In this document: piece by piece, positions 1-16,009 of the stretch
Position numbering within the stretch: position 1 is the first letter of the stretch
How the letters are laid out: each line of letters opens with the position of its first letter
NCBI GenBank assembly: GCA_051276975.1
Contig: JBNMPR010000001.1
Span: 1 to 54,235 of the forward strand
DNA length: 54,235 bases
Direction: 5' to 3'
From: Zhongshania aliphaticivorans
GTDB taxonomy: Bacteria > Verrucomicrobiota > Verrucomicrobiia > Opitutales > Coraliomargaritaceae
Translations under genes and position numbers: made by a program
The notes under the pieces: generated by a model
Seen by the model: only the letters and a program-made list of their open reading frames with translations
The model's database searches: none
Told to the model about the DNA's origin: nothing

Positions 1-1
1 T

Positions 2-118
2 GCCCAGCAACGACTCGCGGATGCAGAGCGTAGTTATTTGAATTCCGCTTATCAATACAGCTTGAGTCGTTTGGCCTTCGCGCGCTCGATTGGTGTAGTG
101 GAAACTGTATTGGACTGA
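2..118 (+). CDS. 3' end of probable TolC/outer-membrane efflux family protein (partial, runs off window)
   Basis: Frame 2 reads AQQRLADAERSYLNSAYQYSLSRLAFARSIGVVETVLD*, resembling the C-terminal helix of TolC-family proteins. Confidence 0.55.
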   Translation, partial: AQQRLADAERSYLNSAYQYSLSRLAFARSIGVVETVLD

Positions 119-199
119 TCTAGGTGAACATTGAACGTCGAACATTGATTTTTGAGTTTGGGGGATTTTCTTTCTGAAATGTGTGCAAACAATCACTCT

Positions 200-790
200 A
201 TGCACCCTGATGAGTTGATGCTGGCCTCGGCGTCGCCGCGCCGCAGTGAATTGCTCAAACGCATCGGGCTGCAATTTAAAACGTGCCCGGCGAATGTTCA
301 CGAGCTGGACCGTTCTGCTGAGGGTCCCGAGTGGTTGGTCGCAGTGAATGCCCGATTGAAAGCGGATGCGCTGATCGAACAGTTTCCCGACGCTTTAATA
401 CTCGGTTCCGACACGACGGTTGCACTGGGCGAAGTTGTCTTGAACAAACCATCGGATCTGGAAGCGGCGCGTGCAATGTTGAAGCAGCTGTCTGGGCGTG
501 CGCATACTGTGTACACGGCAGTTGCATTGCTTTGGAAGCGAGGAGACTTTTGCGACGAATTCGTGGAGGCTAGCCGGGTGCAATTCAAGCACCTGGACAA
601 TGCAACCATCGATGCTTACTTCGAGATTGTAAACCCTCTCGATAAAGCGGGTTCATATGGTATTCAGGCTGGTCGTGAACTGATTGTCGAATCTGTCGAG
701 GGCTCTGTGGAGAATGTCATGGGACTGCCGATCCAGACCTTGCAGACGCGACTTTTGCAACTTGGCTTTGATTTTCGTGAGTCAAGGTGA
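200..790 (+). CDS. maf: Maf family nucleoside triphosphate pyrophosphatase
   Basis: [35 protein letters not shown] motifs; start set at ATG 200 (ORF extends to 152). Confidence 0.93.
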   Translation: MHPDELMLASASPRRSELLKRIGLQFKTCPANVHELDRSAEGPEWLVAVNARLKADALIEQFPDALILGSDTTVALGEVVLNKPSDLEAARAMLKQLSGRAHTVYTAVALLWKRGDFCDEFVEASRVQFKHLDNATIDAYFEIVNPLDKAGSYGIQAGRELIVESVEGSVENVMGLPIQTLQTRLLQLGFDFRESR

Positions 791-1915
791 TTGGTTAGTC
801 CGACGTTGAATCAAAATCCTACATCGCGAGATTCTGTAAATCGATTTGCTCCAGAACGAATTGGTCAGTGGCAAGCTTCCTTGATTGCGCTGCTGATCAC
901 GTTGATCCTGCATGTTGTTGTATTTGTTGTGTTACCCGATGAAGTGTTCATGCAGCAATCTGTTCCGGACGAGTCGATTGAACTGACGTTGGAGCCATTT
1001 GATCCGGAAACGCTACAATATGTTGAGATAAATCCCGAAGCGCCTGAGAATGAGCCGGACCGCAAGGACAATTATTCGTTTCGGTCACAACAAGCCGCCG
1101 ATGAGAGTTCGGATGCTTTACGGAATGACACACCGGCAGTTGATGGAGATGAAGCGTCTCAGAAAATAGTGCAGGGCGCTGTCGATCCGTCAGAGTCGAT
1201 GCCTTTGGAAAATGGCGTCTATACGCTTTCCGATGGATCTGTTGAGAGCCCGGATGAAAGCTCTGATGCAGCACGGGCTTCACGTGCCATATCACCCCCG
1301 CCCTTGCCACCCCCGCCAGACTTTATTCAGCAGAAGCCGGAAGTCGATGAAGGGCCGGGCAGTCGTTTGGAAATTACAGATTCCAGCCCGCAGGTCTTAG
1401 AGGAGGATTTTGATATAAATACACCGCTCCAATTGTATCGTGTGGATTCAGAAAACCAACAGGATCAGGATGCGAGTCGTGCAAGCGATGGTGCAACCGA
1501 ATCGAAGCCTCTGCCTCGCAAGCGGCTGACGCTTTCGCCTGATCTCGTGCACGGGCCACTGATGCGTTCGAAGGGTTCAGTCGATCGGCGTGGGGCACTT
1601 GCGATCGATGCAACCTTTAGTCAGTTTGGAGAGTACGAGCAGCAGTTCTACGCAGCAGTCCAGGCGGGATGGTATCAGGAAATCGATTTCTTTCAGCCGA
1701 TCGATACATCAGCGCGCGTGGTGGTGCGTTTTCGAATACAATCGGACGGAACGATTGATGAGGTGACAATCCTGCACAGCACGGCAGGAGAAATTGCTAC
1801 TCTGATTTGCCAGACGGCACTCACAAAACGTTCGCCCTTTCGTCCATGGACAGCGGAGATGGTTCAGGTCTTTGGTCAGGAGCGCGTCATGGAAGTTGCA
1901 TTTTCATACCGTTGA
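791..1915 (+). CDS. TonB/TolA-like membrane-anchored periplasmic protein
   Basis: Single N-terminal TM (LLITLILHVVVFVVL with His), acidic/Pro-rich linker, C-terminal TonB_C-like VVVRFRIQSDGTIDEVTILHST...SPFRPW. Confidence 0.7.
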   Translation: MVSPTLNQNPTSRDSVNRFAPERIGQWQASLIALLITLILHVVVFVVLPDEVFMQQSVPDESIELTLEPFDPETLQYVEINPEAPENEPDRKDNYSFRSQQAADESSDALRNDTPAVDGDEASQKIVQGAVDPSESMPLENGVYTLSDGSVESPDESSDAARASRAISPPPLPPPPDFIQQKPEVDEGPGSRLEITDSSPQVLEEDFDINTPLQLYRVDSENQQDQDASRASDGATESKPLPRKRLTLSPDLVHGPLMRSKGSVDRRGALAIDATFSQFGEYEQQFYAAVQAGWYQEIDFFQPIDTSARVVVRFRIQSDGTIDEVTILHSTAGEIATLICQTALTKRSPFRPWTAEMVQVFGQERVMEVAFSYR

Positions 1916-1953
1916 CTGGTTGCAATTTGTTCTGGTTCTGCATTGATATTCAA

Positions 1954-2736
1954 ATGACTGTTAGCGAGCAAACTCAGATCGGTGATCTGCCGCTTGGATC
2001 TGGAGTGCAGGTACTTGCCTCCAGCCGGCACGGTTTAGTCGCTCTTGAGAAACCGGTTGGAATGATGTCACATCCGAACCGGCAAGGTGGCGATGATCGG
2101 TGCCTGCTGGCAGCGGATTACGATTATAACAAAGAGGTGTATGTTTGGAAAGTAGGTGATGTCGTCCATCGTGCATGGTTATTAAATCGCCTGGATTCAC
2201 CGACATCCGGGGTATTGATTCTCGCTTTGGATGAAAAAATCGTTCCGACGATCCGGCAGTTGTTTGCTGAGCACAGAGTTCAAAAGACTTACTATGCTCT
2301 AGTGAAGCATACCTCGTCGTTACATGCTGGATGCTGGAAAGATATTTTGAAACAAGATGCGTATCGAATAGCCAGAGTTTCAAAACCGGAATCAAAGAGT
2401 TTCGCTCAAACGTACTACAAGGTGATCAGTCAATCCGATGGCGGTATTCCCATGTCCCTGATTAAATTAATGCCCGTTACCGGTCGTACGCATCAACTAC
2501 GCATCCAGTGTAACTACCATCGGCATCCCATTGTTGGTGATCGTACCCATGGCGACTTCGCTTTTAATCGCAAAGTCCTTTCGGTAACTGGTGAGAAACG
2601 TATGATGTTGCATTCTGCAGAAATAGTCTTGAGTTACATGTTTCAGGGCAAAAGATATGACTTCCATGCCAAATCCCAGTTGCCTGAAGCATTTTCCAGA
2701 TTCGTAAATCCCAAACCTAGTAAGGGGAAAAGGTAA
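1954..2736 (+). CDS. RluA family RNA pseudouridine synthase
   Basis: EKPVGMMSHP, NRLDSPTSG, PVTGRTHQLR, HPIVGD and MMLHS motifs; start at ATG 1954. Confidence 0.92.
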   Translation: MTVSEQTQIGDLPLGSGVQVLASSRHGLVALEKPVGMMSHPNRQGGDDRCLLAADYDYNKEVYVWKVGDVVHRAWLLNRLDSPTSGVLILALDEKIVPTIRQLFAEHRVQKTYYALVKHTSSLHAGCWKDILKQDAYRIARVSKPESKSFAQTYYKVISQSDGGIPMSLIKLMPVTGRTHQLRIQCNYHRHPIVGDRTHGDFAFNRKVLSVTGEKRMMLHSAEIVLSYMFQGKRYDFHAKSQLPEAFSRFVNPKPSKGKR

Positions 2737-2795
2737 TCTAGATAATGTCCTTTCACTGCGAAAACCTGAAAAGCAAATATTCTTTGAAATAAATG

Positions 2796-2824
2796 TTGAC
2801 GCGCTTAGCTGCAGGAGGCAGGTT
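2796..2824 (+). promoter_or_regulatory. Putative sigma70-type promoter of tRNA-Thr/tuf operon
   Basis: TTGACG (2796-2801), 17-nt spacer, CAGGTT (weak -10). Confidence 0.4.
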
Positions 2825-2894
2825 CGCCGACTTTCTTTCTCTCATGCGTTTGTGTGAGAAAACTCGCAGCTCTTTTAAAAGTCTTTGCTAATGT

Positions 2895-2969
<75 letters not shown>

Positions 2970-3019
2970 GTCTTACAAATTACATTTAACAACCTCTAAA
3001 AAACTAAATAACATCTATC

Positions 3020-4210
<1,191 letters not shown>

Positions 4211-4236
4211 CGCCAGTACAATCCTCTTTGGATTTT

Positions 4237-4266
4237 GCCGAGGGCTCTCAAAGGGCCCTCGGCTTT
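4237..4266 (+). terminator. GC-rich hairpin after tuf (terminator or processing/stabilising stem)
   Basis: GCCGAGGGCTCT-caa-AGGGCCCTCGGC followed by TTT. Confidence 0.6.
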
Positions 4267-4300
4267 GCTGTCTTAAATAAAACTTCATGACATCATCCAT

Positions 4301-4376
<76 letters not shown>

Positions 4377-4388
4377 CGTTTAGAATAT

Positions 4389-4592
4389 ATGAAAAACCCA
4401 TTCACAAGCATACGTCTTTTTTATAAAGAGACCGTGACGGAACTCAAGAAAGCGTCCTGGCCTAGTTCGGTCGAATTGCGTGATTCTACAATCGTTGTAC
4501 TCGTTGCAACTGCAATCTTGGGCTCTTTTATCGCAGTAGCTGATTTTTCACTAATGAATGGGGTAGAACTACTGACTTCTTGGGTCCAGTAG
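4389..4592 (+). CDS. secE: Preprotein translocase subunit SecE
   Basis: ELKKASWPS motif plus one TM; between tRNA-Trp and nusG; start ATG 4389. Confidence 0.95.
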   Translation: MKNPFTSIRLFYKETVTELKKASWPSSVELRDSTIVVLVATAILGSFIAVADFSLMNGVELLTSWVQ

Positions 4593-4630
4593 AAGCTAGC
4601 TATTGGTTTTACTAACTTTCACACGCTATT

Positions 4631-5209
4631 ATGTCTAATCCTTCATCATTATCAGATCCTAGCTGGTTTGCAGTCCAGACGTTATCAAATCAGGAGGCAA
4701 AAGCTAAACGATATCTCGACAAATTTATAGCCATCGAGGAAATGGAAGATTATGTTTTTGAAGTACTCATGCCGACCGAGACCGTCACGGAGGTAAAGAG
4801 TGGTAAGAAAAAAACCATTACGCGTAAATTCTATCCGGGATATATTTTTGTGAAGATGCGTCTTTACGACGACGAAGATAAATTGCTTAACAAGCCGTGG
4901 TACTTTGTCCGCGAAGCTCAGAGCGTGATTAAATTCGTCGGTGGCGATCACCCATTGCCACTTAAGAAAAGTGAGATTGACCGTATCATTAACCAAGTCG
5001 AAGAAGCTGAAGGCAAAGAGAAGCCTAAGATTCAGTACGAAGTGGGTGAAATGGTCAAAGTAATGGATGGTCCATTTATGAACCTCGTTGGGAAGATTGA
5101 AGAAATCGATCCAGACAAGGGTAAACTCAAAGTATCCGTATCTATTTTTGGGCGATTTACGCCCGTTGAACTTGAATACTGGCAAGTCCAAAGAACTGAG
5201 GAAAGTTAA
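4631..5209 (+). CDS. nusG: Transcription factor NusG
   Basis: [25 protein letters not shown]. Confidence 0.98.
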   Translation: MSNPSSLSDPSWFAVQTLSNQEAKAKRYLDKFIAIEEMEDYVFEVLMPTETVTEVKSGKKKTITRKFYPGYIFVKMRLYDDEDKLLNKPWYFVREAQSVIKFVGGDHPLPLKKSEIDRIINQVEEAEGKEKPKIQYEVGEMVKVMDGPFMNLVGKIEEIDPDKGKLKVSVSIFGRFTPVELEYWQVQRTEES

Positions 5210-5214
5210 AAGAA

Positions 5215-5640
5215 ATGTCTAAAAAAGTAATAGGTCAAATTCGCTTACAACTACCGGCAGGTGCAGCTAATCCTGCCCCTCCTGTTGGTCCTGCACTCGG
5301 TGCGCAGGGTGTTAACATAATGGGTTTCTGCAAGGAGTATAACGCAAAAACTAAAGATCAGGCGGGCACGATTCTCCCTGTTGTGATCACAGTATATGCC
5401 GATCGTTCATTCAGCTTTATCCTGAAATCACCGCCTGCGGCTGTGCTGCTCAAAAAAGCTGCCGGTATTGCCAAAGGATCTGGAGTGCCGAATCGTGATA
5501 AGGTTGGTAAGGTTACTCGCAAACAGATTCTTGAAATCATTGAAATCAAAAAGGACGACCTGAATGCAAACGATGAAGAGGCGTCCTTCAAAATCATCGC
5601 CGGTACAGCTCGTTCCATGGGACTTGATGTCATCGACTAA
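5215..5640 (+). CDS. rplK: 50S ribosomal protein L11
   Basis: [24 protein letters not shown]. Confidence 0.99.
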   Translation: MSKKVIGQIRLQLPAGAANPAPPVGPALGAQGVNIMGFCKEYNAKTKDQAGTILPVVITVYADRSFSFILKSPPAAVLLKKAAGIAKGSGVPNRDKVGKVTRKQILEIIEIKKDDLNANDEEASFKIIAGTARSMGLDVID

Positions 5641-5674
5641 GAACTTCCAAAACTAATACAAACAAAACTATATT

Positions 5675-6379
5675 ATGGCCACCCAGCAAATCAAGGGAAG
5701 CAAACGCTACTGTGAGTCAGCCAAAATGGTTGATCTTACCGAGACCTACACGGTTTCAGATGCGTCTGCGTTATTAGACAAGTTACCAAAAGCGAAATTT
5801 GACGAAACCGTTGAATTGTATGCCAACCTTACTGTTGATCCTAGGAAAAGTGATCAAATGGTACGCGGCACGCTTCAATTACCACAGGGAAGTGGTAAAA
5901 AGGTACGCGTCATCGTTTTTACTGAAAATCCGGAGGAAGCGATCTCTGCTGGTGCAGATAAAGCCGGACTGGATGATCTCATCGAAGAAGTCAGCGGTGG
6001 CTGGCTCGATTTTGATGTGGCAATTTCGACGACCAGTGCGATGAAAAATGTTCGCAAAGTAGCCCGTGTACTCGGGCCACGCGGACTGATGCCAAATCCC
6101 AAATCCGGCACGGTAACAGACGATATCGCTGAAGGCATAAAACTTGTAAAAGCAGGTCGTGTTGAATTTAAAATGGATAAGACAGCGAATGTAGCTGTTG
6201 TTGTTGGCAAGCGTTCGTTCAAGCCTGAGCAAATCGTGGAAAACACGGAAGCTGCACTTAAAGCACTTGCGGAAGCTCGTCCTAAGGGTGCTTCCGGCAA
6301 ATTCATCAAGTCGCTTGCACTCAGTTCAACAATGAGCCCTCGTATTGGCATCGACGTAACACCCCACAATAAGATCTAG
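5675..6379 (+). CDS. rplA: 50S ribosomal protein L1
   Basis: KFDETVE, LGPRGLMPNPKSGTV. Confidence 0.99.
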   Translation: MATQQIKGSKRYCESAKMVDLTETYTVSDASALLDKLPKAKFDETVELYANLTVDPRKSDQMVRGTLQLPQGSGKKVRVIVFTENPEEAISAGADKAGLDDLIEEVSGGWLDFDVAISTTSAMKNVRKVARVLGPRGLMPNPKSGTVTDDIAEGIKLVKAGRVEFKMDKTANVAVVVGKRSFKPEQIVENTEAALKALAEARPKGASGKFIKSLALSSTMSPRIGIDVTPHNKI

Positions 6380-6394
6380 AAGGATTTAAATTTT

Positions 6395-6910
6395 ATGAGA
6401 CCAGAAAAAAAATACCTTGTTGAAGAAGTCAACCAGCACCTCGACAAGTCCAGCTATGTTTACTTGGCTAACTACGAACGTATCACGGTGGAAGAAATTG
6501 CCGAACTGCGCAAGAATTTGTCTGAGCACGATGCCGAGTTCCATGTGATAAAGAACAATATATTCGGTGTAGCTGCTGCTGCCAGAAATTTGCCCGATCT
6601 TGGAGAATATCTGAAAGGTCAGACTGCGATTATTGTTGGTGGTGATAATCCTTCAGGCGTGGCAAAAGCCATTACTGAATTTTTTAAGAAAAAAGAAAAA
6701 GTTGATCTCAAAGCGGGCATACTTGATGAAAGAGTACTTACAAAAGAAGAGGTCATCGTCCTGTCCAAGTTGCCTGGCCTGGAATCCCTCCGTTCACAGC
6801 TTCTCGGTCTACTCACACAGCCTGCTACAGGATTCGTTCGTGTTATCAGTGCAGTGCCACAAGGTCTGGTTAACGTTTTGCAAGCCAAGGTAAGGGCTGA
6901 AAACGGATAA
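6395..6910 (+). CDS. rplJ: 50S ribosomal protein L10
   Basis: Position after rplA; VIKNN, LSKLPGLESLRSQLLGLL. Confidence 0.97.
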   Translation: MRPEKKYLVEEVNQHLDKSSYVYLANYERITVEEIAELRKNLSEHDAEFHVIKNNIFGVAAAARNLPDLGEYLKGQTAIIVGGDNPSGVAKAITEFFKKKEKVDLKAGILDERVLTKEEVIVLSKLPGLESLRSQLLGLLTQPATGFVRVISAVPQGLVNVLQAKVRAENG

Positions 6911-6995
6911 TTGATTTCAAACTAAACAAATTCAAAAACTTTAGCTGCGATTTCCTCGGAAAGAGCAGCCTCATAAAAAACAAACCAAAAAATCC

Positions 6996-7046
6996 GGTTA
7001 GGCAGGAACAACCTCTTAAATATCCTGATTCTAAAGGATGCTAACC
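6996..7046 (+). promoter_or_regulatory. Structured RNA element resembling the L10 leader core, in the rplJ-rplL spacer
   Basis: Outer pairing GGTTAG(G)CA/TGCTAACC; inner CAGGA...CTCTTAAATA-TCCTG. Confidence 0.45.
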
Positions 7047-7065
7047 AATTAAAAGGTAAATCAAA

Positions 7066-7443
7066 ATGGCAGATATAACAAAAGAACAAGTAATCGAATG
7101 GCTATCAGGGCAATCAGTGCTTGAAGTGGCTGATCTCGTTAAACAACTCGAAGAGAAGTGGGGCGTCAGCGCCGCGGCTCCTGTAGCTGTTGCTGCGGCT
7201 GCAGCTGCTCCAGAGGAAGCTGCTGAGGAAAAAGACGAATTCGACGTCATTTTTGCTGCACACGGCGAGAACAAAATTGCTTCCATTAAGGAAGTGCGTG
7301 CAATCACCGGCCTTGGTTTGAAAGAAGCCAAAGAGCTCGTTGAAAGCGCTCCTAAGCCTGTCAAGGAAGGCGTCAGCAAAGACGAAGCCGAAGAGATCAA
7401 AAAGAAACTCGAAGCTGCTGGTGCAAAAGTTGAGGTGAAGTAA
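7066..7443 (+). CDS. rplL: 50S ribosomal protein L7/L12
   Basis: [11 protein letters not shown] hinge, [20 protein letters not shown]. Confidence 0.99.
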   Translation: MADITKEQVIEWLSGQSVLEVADLVKQLEEKWGVSAAAPVAVAAAAAAPEEAAEEKDEFDVIFAAHGENKIASIKEVRAITGLGLKEAKELVESAPKPVKEGVSKDEAEEIKKKLEAAGAKVEVK

Positions 7444-7484
7444 CTACCTTCTCTAGATTTATACTCCATCGACCAGAATTCCCA

Positions 7485-7535
7485 CAGTTTGGCAATGTCC
7501 TCCTCAAAAAAGGCGGACATTGCCTGACTGTTTTT
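7485..7535 (+). terminator. Intrinsic terminator/attenuator between rplL and rpoB
   Basis: GGCAATGTCC...GGACATTGCC stem, with a T-run a few nt downstream. Confidence 0.75.
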
Positions 7536-7601
7536 AACTTTTTAAACGATCCATTTTCATCTCAAAGCTAAAACTTCAAAACTCATTGGACACTTTGCTC
7601 T

Positions 7602-10600
7602 ATGTCAAAACGTATTAATTTCGGTCAACTAAAAGAAGTCATTCAGCCACCTAATCTGATTGAAAACCAGATCGACTCATTTAAAGAGTTTCTCCAACTG
7701 GAGCATGCACCTACCCAGCGCAAACAGGTAGGTCTTGAAGCTGTGTTCTCTGAAGTTTTTCCGATCGAGAGTTACGATAGTCGCTGTCATCTCGAATACC
7801 TCAGCTATAATATCACCCCAACTCGCAATACCGAAATACAGGCGATACGCGACGGAGTCACCTATTCCTCTTCTTTGTATGTGAAGTTGCGCTTGCGTGA
7901 AGAGGATCATGTAAAAGACGAAGAAATTTACATGGGTGAACTGCCCATCATTTCAGAACGCGGATCTTTCATTATCAATGGTGCAGAGCGAGTTGTCGTT
8001 AGTCAACTCCACCGCTCACCGGGTATTTCCTTTGAGGAGAGCGTGCACACCAGCGGTAAGGTTTTACATGCATTTCGGATCATACCCGATCGCGGTACAT
8101 GGATGGAAGTCCAGTTTGATCAGAATGATTTACTTTACGTATACTTGGACCGTCGTCGTCGTCGTCGTAAGTTCCTTCTGACGACACTTCTCCGCGCAAT
8201 GGGCTACAGCTCGGATGCCGACATCCTCAATCTTTTCTACAAATTAGAGGAAATCACGGTCAGCAGCGCACTCAAACTCGATTCCGTATCAAACCTTGTA
8301 CTGACCGAAGACATTGTCGATTCAGATAAAGGTGTCGTTCTTGCGCGTGCTTTCGAACCATTGACCAAAACGATTATTCGTAGTTTTGATAAAGCAGGAC
8401 TAAAGAAAGTCACCGCGATCGATACTACTGTGGATGATGGCGCAATGATTCGTTGCCTTAAAAAGGATCCGACTCAAAACGAAGAAGAAGCACTTAAAGA
8501 TATATACAAACGTCTGCGTCCCGGCGAGCCTCCCACAACTGCGAATGCAAAAGCTTTGCTGAAGCGCCTTTTTCAAGATCCCAGACGTTACGATCTTGGA
8601 CGTGTTGGTCGCTACAAGTTGAATCAGAAGCTTGCGATGGACGTTGACCTCGACTTTCGTGTCGTCAGTGCAGAAGACGTTGTTGAAGCAACAAAGTACC
8701 TGACGCGTCTCAAACGTGGTGACGGCATGCTCGACGATATCGACCACTTGGGAAGTCGTCGTGTCCGTACAGTCGGAGAGCTTCTCGCTAATCAATGTAG
8801 AGTTGGTTTAGCCCGTACTGAGCGTCTGGTCAAAGAGCGTATGACCCTTTATGATCAGAGTGTAGACACAATCTCACCACAAAAACTGATCAATCCGAAG
8901 GCACTTAGTACCGTTATTCGCGATTTCTTTGCACGTAGTCAGCTCTCGCAGTTTATGGATCAGATCAATCCGCTCGCTGAGCTTACGCACAAGCGACGTC
9001 TTTCAGCCTTAGGGCCAGGCGGGTTGAATCGTGAACGCGCCGGTTTTGAAGTGCGCGATGTTCATCCATCTCACTACGGTCGTATCTGTCCAATTGAAAC
9101 ACCTGAAGGGCCCAATATCGGTCTGATCAATTCACTTAGCCTCTATGCCCGAATTAATGAATTTGGGTTTATTGAAGCACCTTACCGTAAAGTAGTGGAT
9201 GGCCATGTAACCGACGAAGTTGAGTACTTGAATGCAGACCAGGAAGAGCCACACATGATTGCGCAAGCAAACTCTGAACTGGATAAAAATAGTAATCTCA
9301 TCGGACGTGTCACTTGTCGTAAGCGTGACGAAGTTATCGAAGTTGAGGGCAAGGACGTCAACTACATGGATGTTTCGCCGAAGCAGTTGATCTCAGTTGC
9401 TGCGGGTATTATACCCTTCCTTGAGCATGATGATGCGAATCGCGCGCTTATGGGATCAAACATGCAACGCCAAGGTGTGCCGTTGCTTGAGTCGGAGGCA
9501 CCTTTTGTTGGCACCGGTATCGAGCGTCGTGTAGCCATTGATTCGAAGACAGTTGAGGTTGCCGATATCGACGGTATTATCGCAATGGTCGATGCAAGAC
9601 ATATCATTTTGACAAAAGACGGTGAGCTTCCTGCAAAGACTCGTGGTAAGCCGTTAAAGACAGATCCTAAAAAAGACATCTATGTTTACCAGTTGCGCAA
9701 ATTCATGCGCTCCAATGCTGGTACTTGCTTCAATCAAAAGCCGATCGTTTCCAACGGCCAGCCAGTCAAAAAAGGTGACGTCATTGCAGACGGAGCTTCC
9801 ACAGACGATGGTGAACTGGCAATCGGGCGCAACATCCTTGTGGCATTCATGCCTTGGAATGGATATAACTTTGAAGACGCGATCCTGATTTCTGAGAAGA
9901 TTGTTAAGGATGACATCTTCACTTCGATTCACGTAGATGAGTTTGAAGTAACGGCTCGGGACACAAAGCTTGGACCTGAAGAAATTACTCGCGATATTCC
10001 AAACGTCGGCGAAGAGGCACTCAAGGATTTGAACCACGACGGAGTTATCCGCGTCGGTGCAGAAGTGAAGCCGGGTGATATTCTCGTCGGTAAGATCACT
10101 CCGAAATCTGAAACAGAGCTGGCTCCGGAAGAAAAGCTTCTCCGCGCAATTTTTGGCGAAAAGGCAGCCGATGTGAAAGACACTTCACTCGTGGTACCTT
10201 CCGGTGTACGTGGTATCGTTATGGACATAAAGGTTTCGGCCCGTGTCGATGGCGAATCTGAGCAACTTTCAGCTTCCGACCGTCGCCGTCAGATCAAAAA
10301 GACCAACGAAGAGTATCGCTCACAAAGCGACAAGCTACGTGAAGATCTGACCGAAGCGCTTTCGAACATTCTGCTAGGGGAAAAGATACCTCTCGATGTC
10401 AAAAATGGCGACACCGATGAGATAATCATTCCGGCAAATCGAAAAATTACGAAGACGCTACTTCGCCGTTTGGCTGCAGTCTCCAAGTACATCGAGATCG
10501 ACCCTTCACCGGTTAAGATCAAGATTATGGAAATCGTCAGCAATTACCAAGGCAAGTTTGATGAGTTAGACTACGAACGTGAGCGCAAGGTCGAAAGTGT

Positions 10601-11393
10601 CGAATTGGGTGAAGATGGCGATCAGGGTGTTGTCAAGAGCGTGAAAGTTTACATTGCCAAGAAATGCAAGATGCAAGTTGGCGATAAAATGGCTGGTCGT
10701 CACGGTAACAAAGGTGTTGTTGCCAAAGTAGTGCCCGAGGAAGATATGCCGCACTTGCCGGACGGAACGCCGATTGAAATTTGCCTGAATCCTCTTGGGG
10801 TTCCTTCGCGAATGAATGTCGGCCAGGTTCTTGAAACACATCTTGGCTGGGCTTGTAAAAAACTGGGTATCAAAGTGGCTACTCCGGTTTTTGATGGCAT
10901 CAGTGAAGCGCGTGTGCGTGAGTATCTTGAGGAAGCTGGATTACCTTCAACCGGAAAGAGCGTTCTCTATGATGGTCAGACGGGTGAGCCGCTCGCTCAG
11001 GAAGTTGTTGTTGGCTACATGTACATGTTAAAGCTCAATCACCTTGTATCTTCTAAGATTCACGCTCGTGCAGTCGGGCCGTACTCTCTGATCACCCAGC
11101 AGCCGCTCGGTGGTAAGGCACAGTACGGTGGCCAGCGCTTCGGGGAGATGGAAGTCTGGGCACTTGAAGCATACGGTGCCGCCTATACTTTGCAGGAATT
11201 GCTAACGGTTAAGTCAGACGATGTAGGCGGACGTACCCGCATCTACGAGTCACTGGTAAAAGGCGATAACAGTCTGGAAGCCGGTACGCCGCAATCCTTT
11301 AACGTTCTTATGAAGGAAATCCAGAGTCTCTGTCTGGACGTTCGCTTGCATTCGGAAGGCAAGTTTGCCTCCACCAATGCAATTGAAGTCTAG
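7602..11393 (+). CDS. rpoB: RNA polymerase beta subunit
   Basis: GRICPIETPEGPNIGLI, GDKMAGRHGNKG, GGQRFGEMEVWALEAYG. Confidence 0.99.
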   Translation: MSKRINFGQLKEVIQPPNLIENQIDSFKEFLQLEHAPTQRKQVGLEAVFSEVFPIESYDSRCHLEYLSYNITPTRNTEIQAIRDGVTYSSSLYVKLRLREEDHVKDEEIYMGELPIISERGSFIINGAERVVVSQLHRSPGISFEESVHTSGKVLHAFRIIPDRGTWMEVQFDQNDLLYVYLDRRRRRRKFLLTTLLRAMGYSSDADILNLFYKLEEITVSSALKLDSVSNLVLTEDIVDSDKGVVLARAFEPLTKTIIRSFDKAGLKKVTAIDTTVDDGAMIRCLKKDPTQNEEEALKDIYKRLRPGEPPTTANAKALLKRLFQDPRRYDLGRVGRYKLNQKLAMDVDLDFRVVSAEDVVEATKYLTRLKRGDGMLDDIDHLGSRRVRTVGELLANQCRVGLARTERLVKERMTLYDQSVDTISPQKLINPKALSTVIRDFFARSQLSQFMDQINPLAELTHKRRLSALGPGGLNRERAGFEVRDVHPSHYGRICPIETPEGPNIGLINSLSLYARINEFGFIEAPYRKVVDGHVTDEVEYLNADQEEPHMIAQANSELDKNSNLIGRVTCRKRDEVIEVEGKDVNYMDVSPKQLISVAAGIIPFLEHDDANRALMGSNMQRQGVPLLESEAPFVGTGIERRVAIDSKTVEVADIDGIIAMVDARHIILTKDGELPAKTRGKPLKTDPKKDIYVYQLRKFMRSNAGTCFNQKPIVSNGQPVKKGDVIADGASTDDGELAIGRNILVAFMPWNGYNFEDAILISEKIVKDDIFTSIHVDEFEVTARDTKLGPEEITRDIPNVGEEALKDLNHDGVIRVGAEVKPGDILVGKITPKSETELAPEEKLLRAIFGEKAADVKDTSLVVPSGVRGIVMDIKVSARVDGESEQLSASDRRRQIKKTNEEYRSQSDKLREDLTEALSNILLGEKIPLDVKNGDTDEIIIPANRKITKTLLRRLAAVSKYIEIDPSPVKIKIMEIVSNYQGKFDELDYERERKVESVELGEDGDQGVVKSVKVYIAKKCKMQVGDKMAGRHGNKGVVAKVVPEEDMPHLPDGTPIEICLNPLGVPSRMNVGQVLETHLGWACKKLGIKVATPVFDGISEARVREYLEEAGLPSTGKSVLYDGQTGEPLAQEVVVGYMYMLKLNHLVSSKIHARAVGPYSLITQQPLGGKAQYGGQRFGEMEVWALEAYGAAYTLQELLTVKSDDVGGRTRIYESLVKGDNSLEAGTPQSFNVLMKEIQSLCLDVRLHSEGKFASTNAIEV

Positions 11394-11433
11394 AGAGTCA
11401 TTTCAAAACATAATTTAAAAAGAGATTTAATCA

Positions 11434-15666
<4,233 letters not shown>

Positions 15667-15688
15667 TGAAACTATTCTAAACCAATTC

Positions 15689-15724
15689 AAAAAGGCGAGT
15701 CGGCATCAACCACTCGCCTTTTTT
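15689..15724 (+). terminator. Intrinsic terminator after rpoC
   Basis: AAAAAGGCGAGT...ACTCGCCTTTTTT. Confidence 0.85.
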
Positions 15725-16009
15725 GTTCTCATATTACAATCAGACAAACGGACTCTTTGCTGAACGCTTCTGTATGTTGACGGTAAGGGGATTTCTTGTT
15801 TGCTTTTCCAGGACACATCAAAGCATCAAATGAAGGTTAAACGACTGTTGCAAAGGTGTCAAAAATAGAAAATTACGCAGAAAAGAACAGCGTTTCTAGA
15901 AATCCATTGCGGATAAGCTGAAACGTTTACAGGTGTATATTTAATATTTTTAACAAACATCTGTGTATGTTTGACGTGAGAAACGAGATATATCGGCGTG
16001 AAATTTATC

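Noticed and set aside
8151-8168. (CGT)6 trinucleotide repeat in rpoB
   Set aside because: It encodes the DRRRRRRK stretch, comparable to the basic motif in PVC-group RpoB; it is in frame, so not a phase-variation tract.
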